A stretch of DNA of 63,731 nt, the filler included, from Octopus bimaculoides (lineage: Eukaryota): the NCBI RefSeq assembly GCF_001194135.2. It is 5 parts of 5 records of this genome, joined end to end, with 100 filler letters (N's around TTAATTAATTAA, not from the genome) between each part and the next. Parts side by side here need not be neighbours in the genome. Positions count along the whole stretch, not along the records: positions 60,017 to 62,199 come from NC_068992.1; positions 62,300 to 63,731 come from NC_068986.1; 3 more parts are not named here. One strand, written 5' to 3'. Every line of letters begins with the position of its first letter. Position 1 is the stretch's first letter. Of the stretch, positions 60,901 through 63,731 are shown in pieces. Below the pieces are notes generated by a model, which was not told the DNA's origin, ran no database searches, and saw nothing but the letters and a program-made list of their open reading frames with translations. Made by a program: the position numbers and the translations under genes.

Positions 60901-62199
60901 ATTCCTCATTGTGCCCCCCACCCAACCCTACCTCTACAGGTTTAACAGTATTGAGTGGCCCTCTCCCTCAAAACTACTGACCGTGTACCTTGATTAGATT
61001 GACAAAACACACACATAGTCACAGCAACAGCATCTTAAACGTGTGTGGATTTAGGCACAAGGCACTTTGTTCCAACGTTCAGAAAAATGTATATTTTTTT
61101 TATTAAATTCTCCACAAATACGCTTGTGAGGAAATAAATCGCGTAGGGGCGCAAGTGACTGGGATGGGAGTTCTGTCACTTGTATTTATTAATCGAAAAC
61201 GAACACAATTCAGAAAACAATATACTGTATTTTAAAATTGATTTTCAGAAGAAATTTGTAAATAAATAAACAGAATAAATTGACGTGCCCTCTCAATTAT
61301 CTATCTCACCAAGGGACATTACTATACGTATGTGTGTGTGCGGGTGTATCTGTTCTTTTACATACGGAGTAATTTTTAACAAAATAAGTCTTTATGCTGT
61401 TTAAATACTAATAAATTTATTTATCCAGTTGTGAAAGAAGAACGTGTAATAACTTACATAAAAACTTATGTAAAAGGCCCGGCCTAAATCACCATATCTT
61501 TCTTTTTCCTCTACAAATGGGCATAACTACAGTTTAGCGCCCCATTCAACCTTCTTTGTATTATAATTCATCAGAAAATGTATATTTTCCGACCAAATTT
61601 TGTAAAGATAAATTGTCGAGAATGTAGATTACATTTATTTGGATACACTTCATTAAAAAGCATTTCGAGAGGAGTTATGCATCGCTCTCCACCCCACATC
61701 GACTTTGTCATTAATTTTCATAACTTTATCATCTTTTCATTTTTTTTTTTTTTTCTAGATATATATGGAATCGCTCAATTTCTTCTAACCACTTGAAATA
61801 TTTCAAATACTCGTTAGAATTTTTTAATGTTGTTTTGATGTAATTTTTGCCTGCTGATGATGAAAATCGCATTCATAAATTTTTTTCTTTTTCCGGACAA
61901 TTAGTCAAGTGTAATAAATTTGAAAACAAAAATCTGGAGAAAATTTGAAATACTTCAATTGATTAAAAGAAGTTTAACAAGATCGGGATAATGTTCGACT
62001 TCAAACAAAATCTGAATTAAATCTGGGATAGTCAAGGCCTGGAAGGACTTTGATCAAAGGATGCTCAATCAGTGTTGATACAGAAGCTGAACAACAAGAA
62101 CGAAAATAGTAGTAGCACAATACTCTTGGTGATTGTGTAGCAAGGCTTCTCAATAGCCGGGTACCGAATGCGGTTTTGGCGCACTTTACCTTAATTAAC

Positions 62200-62299
62200 N
62201 NNNNNNNNNNNNNNNNNNNNNNNNNNNNNNNNNNNNNNNNNNNTTAATTAATTAANNNNNNNNNNNNNNNNNNNNNNNNNNNNNNNNNNNNNNNNNNNN
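62200..62299. other. Artificial scaffold join 44N-TTAATTAATTAA-44N
   Basis: Same 100-bp linker. Confidence 0.9.
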
Positions 62300-62339
<40 letters not shown>

Positions 62340-62346
<7 letters not shown>

Positions 62347-63660
62347 GAAAGGTCAACACAACGATAAGATCAACGGAGTGCGAACACAATGTTTCTTGAA
62401 TATGTATTAACTTAATGCTAGACAAGTTTAAGCGAATGGAAAATACCTTCAAGTTTTAGACGTTCGTCCTTCTTCAAGGAAAGAGATGTTGATAAAAACA
62501 TAAGGGTATAAGAACTGCAGTAAAACATTCTAAATATCTTTTTGACGATAATTTTAAGAAATAAAGGGCAGATGAAGGTGAAAATGAGAAAATAGGGAAA
62601 TACTATTCTTACTTGGAATTCTGGAAGTGATGGATTTGTGGTTTTGAATGTGTGATAGTGTTTCTCTACATAGAAGTTTGTATAAGGGAGGTTGTAAACT
62701 GTATTGTTAGAAAGATGGTGTGCGCATAGATTTGTGTGTCAAAATACGATACAGTTGCTTAAAGGGGATGTGTGGGACATTGGAGTGTATGTAGTTAAAG
62801 TTTTTTTGGTAGGTGGCATGTTAGCTTAAATGTGAGGATGTGTGATCGCGTGTGTGCGTTTGTGAATATGGATGTCCACGCAGTGCTGTAATACGACGTG
62901 CGCGTTGTGAAAGGTGTTATTTATGCGTATGCATGTACATGAACAAACCGTGTTAAGGTTGGAAAAGCTCTTCTGGTTCTTTTTTTTTTTTCTTGCTTCA
63001 TGCGTGATGCCATGAAGCAAAGACAAAAGGTTTAAAAACGTTGAACATGCTATAACTGAATATGATATTAAAAGTCGGAAAACGTTCCCGATAGCATAGT
63101 TGCAACGAACCAATAAATAAATATATAACAGAAACAGAAGGCAAGTTGGTATACACTCATTGTGGGAACAATGGCCGGCGGAAGGAAGGAAAAATAAACA
63201 AATAATCTTTTCTGCGGGAAGAGTTGACAGAAAGGGAGGCAAGCAGCAGAATAATGTGTGCTTTTATGTGTAATATAGGTGTTAAGTGATTGACGAACGA
63301 GCAGAAATGAAGCAGAAGAAAGAAAAAGTGGAAGGGGTCGAGAGAAATGTGTGAATCACAAGTGCGAATCAAAACAAAAATTGCTAACGAATGAAGGTGT
63401 ACCAGTGCACATGCGTGATGAAGTGCGAGAAAAATGTGGATGTGTTTGTGTGTGTGTGTGAATTCACGTGCCGGTGTGTGCGTATACTTGTGCATATAAA
63501 CTGGATGTTTTTAGTAAGGAGGTGGGAAGTGTTTCTTCCGCACGTCTTGGTTGACGTAAGCTAGTCCTGTTGGAGTCGTGTCGAAAGTCATTCAGAAATG
63601 GATGTTTCTTGAAAACTGCATTTTTGAATAAGTGCCCCAAAATACAGATTTTCCACAAAT
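62340..63660 (-). mobile_element. Possible heavily decayed Penelope-like element 3' region
   Basis: The minus strand is C/A-rich and ends near a (TA)n with TTGAAGA-AGGACGAACGTCT-AAAAC, like a pseudo-LTR motif. Protein motifs are only faint. Confidence 0.25.
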
Positions 63661-63731
63661 TTGGTTATAGATTCAAAACTGATTATGTATGCTTTATAAT
63701 TGAGGTCGATACAATGTTGCATCATTTAACT

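Noticed and set aside
62826-63495. ORFs of 138 and 112 aa on the minus strand
   Set aside because: Compositionally biased, partly microsatellite, no domain recognised.

Overview
63.7 kb of AT-rich, microsatellite-dense animal DNA with many N gaps and four artificial 100-bp scaffold joins (44N-TTAATTAATTAA-44N). The repeat families look like those of octopod cephalopods; this is recognition from memory, not a database result. I can support no host protein-coding gene. Most long ORFs in the supplied track are microsatellite or N-gap artefacts. The window is a transposon graveyard: four short interspersed families (three tRNA-headed SINE types and a (GAT)n-tailed element), maT/DD37D-like Tc1-mariner remnants, mariner, piggyBac and hAT MITEs, two Helitron helicase fossils, and fossils of RTE, CR1-like, R4/Dong-like and Penelope retroelements. 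The most interesting signal is on the minus strand at 53.0-53.7 kb. Two ~250-260-bp direct repeats each carry a type I hammerhead ribozyme with a palindromic mini-helix III. The copy at 53584-53669 has a complete catalytic core, and the two cleavage sites are 467 nt apart. This is the layout of a retrozyme or Penelope pseudo-LTR that could make a self-cleaving circular RNA. Other notable items are two near-perfect long inverted repeats (579 bp and 157 bp arms), a 171-bp foldback, a minisatellite built from a SINE Pol III A-box, and an apparent CpG-depletion boundary near 31.4 kb. Repeat boundaries are approximate and were read by eye.
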